NCBI GenBank assembly: GCA_016218815.1 | Contig: JACRCX010000025.1 | Span: forward strand, 237,389 to 301,388 | Source: Deltaproteobacteria bacterium | GTDB lineage: Bacteria; Myxococcota_A; Polyangia; DRWM01; JAAZOP01 | Reading direction: 5' to 3' | Length of the DNA: 64,000 bases | Shown: positions 61,811 to 64,000 of the stretch, in pieces | Position numbering within the stretch: position 1 is the stretch's first letter | How the letters are laid out: the number at the start of each line of letters is the position of its first letter | Translations under genes and position numbers: made by a program | Notes under the pieces: generated by a model | Told to the model about the DNA's origin: nothing | The model's database searches: none | What the model saw: only the letters and a program-made list of their open reading frames with translations

Positions 61811-62467
61811 ATGAGCGACGGCGACCGGGCGGAGAACGGCACCTTCCGGATCAAGAAGTACGGCAACCGCCGGCTGTACGATACCCATCAGAGCCGGTAC
61901 ATCACGCTCGAGGAGCTGGCGCGCATCGTCCAGGAGGGCGCGGCCGTCCGGGTCGCCGACGCCGCCTCCGGCAAGGACATCACCCGGCAGGTCCTGACCC
62001 AGGTGATCCTCGAACGCCAGGAAGCGCTCGATATGCTCCCCGTCGAGCTGCTGCACGTGATCATCCGCACCCAGGGGACGATCGAACAGGCCCCCTTCGC
62101 CGCGTTCCTCGCCGCGTTCACGCGCCAGATCGTGACCGCGGGACAGCTCTGGACCCAGCCCGTCGCCAACTTCCTTCGCGGCCTCGCCCACGCCGTGCCG
62201 GGCGTGGGCGGCCCCGTCGAGCCAGCGACCGACAAGAAGCCCACGACCCGCGACGAAACACCGGCAGGCGACCAAGTGCGCGACGGCGAGCCGTCCGTCG
62301 GCGCGCCCGACGGCGACGAACCACCCGAGAACGCTTCCGCAGCCCCCGACCCACCCGCGGAATCGCCGCTCGCCGAAGAGCCCCGACCGCTCGGCCGCTC
62401 ACCCGGTCCCGACGGCCTGCGCCCCCGCATCGAACGCCTGTTGCGGAAGCTCGGCCCAAAGGCTTGA
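61811..62467 (+). CDS. phaR: Polyhydroxyalkanoate synthesis repressor PhaR
   Basis: ATG at 61811. The N-terminal PhaR signature is IKKYGNRRLYDTHQSRYITLEELARIV...GKDITRQVLTQVI. The C-terminal tail is acidic and Pro-rich. Confidence 0.85.
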   Translation: MSDGDRAENGTFRIKKYGNRRLYDTHQSRYITLEELARIVQEGAAVRVADAASGKDITRQVLTQVILERQEALDMLPVELLHVIIRTQGTIEQAPFAAFLAAFTRQIVTAGQLWTQPVANFLRGLAHAVPGVGGPVEPATDKKPTTRDETPAGDQVRDGEPSVGAPDGDEPPENASAAPDPPAESPLAEEPRPLGRSPGPDGLRPRIERLLRKLGPKA

Positions 62468-62651
62468 GCAGGGCGCCCTCACAGCCACGAACCGTAGCGT
62501 GGTCGTGGTCGTCGTCGTCGTTCACGCATTCGCAAAACGACAATCCTCCGCCTTGCTCAAGCTCCGCACACCCCACATGGCGGTCTATCGTGTCCGTATG
62601 TGCATGTTATTCAACGGACATCATCAACGATGACGGCAATGCACAATCCAG

Positions 62652-62657
62652 TTGACA
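62652..62657 (+). promoter_or_regulatory. Candidate -35 element (TTGACA) of the phasin promoter
   Basis: A perfect TTGACA sits in the only AT-rich spacer of the window (62467-62741), about 85 nt upstream of the phasin ATG. After a 17-nt spacer the hexamer is CATGTT, a weak -10. The shared octamer GTTGCAGC at 62678-62685 also occurs at 61741-61748. Confidence 0.3.
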
Positions 62658-62740
62658 ACGGCCGCACCATGACGCATGTTGCAGCGCATCAAACACCGGG
62701 GGAATGACCTCCCCGCGGGTGGAAGGAAGGGAGGAGAACG

Positions 62741-63046
62741 ATGAACGAGAAGATCAACGACACGATGAACCAGACGAAGGCGGCGTTCGCCGAGTGGAAG
62801 AAGGTCGCCGACGAGCAGTGGTCGCGATGGGAGCAGCTCGTGACCGACATGGGACGCTTCCAGAAGCAGGGCGTCGAGCACGTCGGCGTGGCGATCGACG
62901 AGGTGGCTCGGGCGATGAAAGGCACGCTGGAGCAGGCGAGCCAGATCGCCGAGGAGCTGCGCAAGGCCGCGACCGAAGCCTCCAAGCGCGCCCGCGAAAC
63001 CGTCGCCGCGATCGGTCCCACCGTCCCCGATCCGACCAAGAAGTAG
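62741..63046 (+). CDS. Phasin-like small protein (101 aa)
   Basis: The ATG follows GGAAGGGAGGAG. It is helical and Lys/Glu/Ala-rich with a moderate-GC codon profile, and it sits next to phaR. Confidence 0.6.
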   Translation: MNEKINDTMNQTKAAFAEWKKVADEQWSRWEQLVTDMGRFQKQGVEHVGVAIDEVARAMKGTLEQASQIAEELRKAATEASKRARETVAAIGPTVPDPTKK

Positions 63047-63051
63047 GGAAG

Positions 63052-64000
63052 TCAGTCGATCGACAGGTGTGCCGTCCCCGTGCGGGCGCGAATGTCCGCA
63101 TGGAAGAGCGCCAGCGCCTCCGCGGCCGGCAGGGTCACCTCCTCCTCGCGGTCCGCCGCGATGCGGAACGCCGCCTCCATCCGCGCGCGGATCGAGACGT
63201 AGATCCGTACCTCGTCCCCGACCAGGTCGTAGCCCGCGACGTCCCCCCTCTCGACCAGCGCGTCGAGCGACGAGCGTTCGGCGTGCACGAACGGCGGGAG
63301 GCGCTGCACGAGGACCATGGGACCGACCGCGCCCTCTGCCTCCGCAAAAAGCGTGATCGTCGCCGGCACGCCCGGCGCCATCGTCCCGACGGCCGCGCGC
63401 GAGACGGCAAGCCGGCGGCCCCCCGCGGCCGGCGAGGACGAGGCGGACGCGTCGGCCACCGCCCAGCGCTCGAGCTCCAGCCGCACCCGCGCCTCCGGGC
63501 GTCCGTCGAACGCGACCGACACCTCGTGGCCGCCGCCCGCGGCCAGCTCCAGCTCGAGCGACCGCAGCGCGAGCGCGTCGGCGAACGAGTCCGCCGGGGA
63601 GACGTCCACCCGTCGCACCTCCCGCCCGTCGACCGACACCACGATCGCCCCGGCGGCGCCGTCGGGCGCCGGATCGAGCGCCAGCAGGGCCCGGATGGCG
63701 AACGCCGCGCTCCGCGAGTTGTGCCACTCGCCCCACGTGTCGTCGAGCGACAGCAGGAACCCGACCGCTTCGCGGCGCAGCGACTCGTAGGCATCCGGGG
63801 CGACATCGGAGAGCACCTCCAGCCCCACCGCGGCCGCCTCGACGCGGCCGCCGTAGGCCTGGAACCAACCCGGCTCCCAGTGCGCCAGCTCGTCGAGCCG
63901 AAGCAGCCGTCCGGCCAGCTCGCGCAGCTTCGCCGCCGGCACCAGGTCCCCTCCCAGGCGGAACAGGCCGCCGACCGAGTGGGCCATGGTCGGCAGGTCC
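63052..64000 (-). CDS. C-terminal part of an alpha-2-macroglobulin-family protein (5' end beyond window)
   Basis: The frame stays open upstream of the listed Met (63987) to the window edge. LSLDDTWGEWHNSRSAAFAIRALLAL resembles the A2M complement/TED-like region, and a beta-rich receptor-like end follows. Confidence 0.5.
   Translation of the reverse strand, partial: DLPTMAHSVGGLFRLGGDLVPAAKLRELAGRLLRLDELAHWEPGWFQAYGGRVEAAAVGLEVLSDVAPDAYESLRREAVGFLLSLDDTWGEWHNSRSAAFAIRALLALDPAPDGAAGAIVVSVDGREVRRVDVSPADSFADALALRSLELELAAGGGHEVSVAFDGRPEARVRLELERWAVADASASSSPAAGGRRLAVSRAAVGTMAPGVPATITLFAEAEGAVGPMVLVQRLPPFVHAERSSLDALVERGDVAGYDLVGDEVRIYVSIRARMEAAFRIAADREEEVTLPAAEALALFHADIRARTGTAHLSID

Noticed and set aside
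63985-63987. Met at 63987 as the true start of the alpha-2-macroglobulin-like ORF.
   Set aside because: The frame remains open to the window edge, and the encoded region corresponds to the C-terminal part of proteins that are normally much larger. I treated it as a 5'-truncated gene.

Overview
Very GC-rich bacterial chromosomal DNA, roughly 70% GC by eye. Real genes show extreme third-position GC, and every wrong frame gives long Arg/Pro/Gly/Ala-rich pseudo-ORFs. Gene content points to Myxococcota: a TIGR02266-type PilZ protein, a MYXO-CTERM-like sorting tail, Cys-rich repeat lipoproteins, Ser/Thr kinases with PEGA domains, and many lipoproteins. I support about 48 protein genes. Most encode secreted or lipoprotein hydrolases and adhesin-like proteins: S1 protease, M28, metzincin, M1, lipase, FGE-sulfatase-like, FG-GAP/CRTAC1-like, VIT-vWA and an alpha-2-macroglobulin fragment. 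There are also housekeeping genes (aroD/aroE fusion, deoB, MetE-like, PPIase), signalling genes (two STPK-like proteins, one histidine kinase, two NarL-type regulators) and a PHA regulon (phaR plus phasins). Two small islets with visibly lower GC3 look horizontally acquired and defence-related. One is a translationally coupled ABC/AAA_21-type ATPase plus DUF4276/Toprim-like pair (29660-31329), my best candidate for an under-described system. The other is a single-polypeptide MmeI-family Type IIL restriction-modification enzyme (58483-61251). A four-gene operon (46649-48869) mirrors the lcrH-yopB-yopD chaperone/translocator order, but no injectisome genes are in the window. Other oddities are an in-frame TAG splitting a large FG-GAP protein, a predicted pseudokinase, and a pseudo-receiver regulator. 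There are also several families of short tandem-repeat cassettes sitting exactly at gene boundaries; one is a 30-bp element present three times that carries a 7-codon mini-ORF ending in three different stop codons. I saw no rRNA, tRNA, CRISPR array, transposase or integrase. All functional calls come from motif recognition by eye, and start codons are often uncertain.
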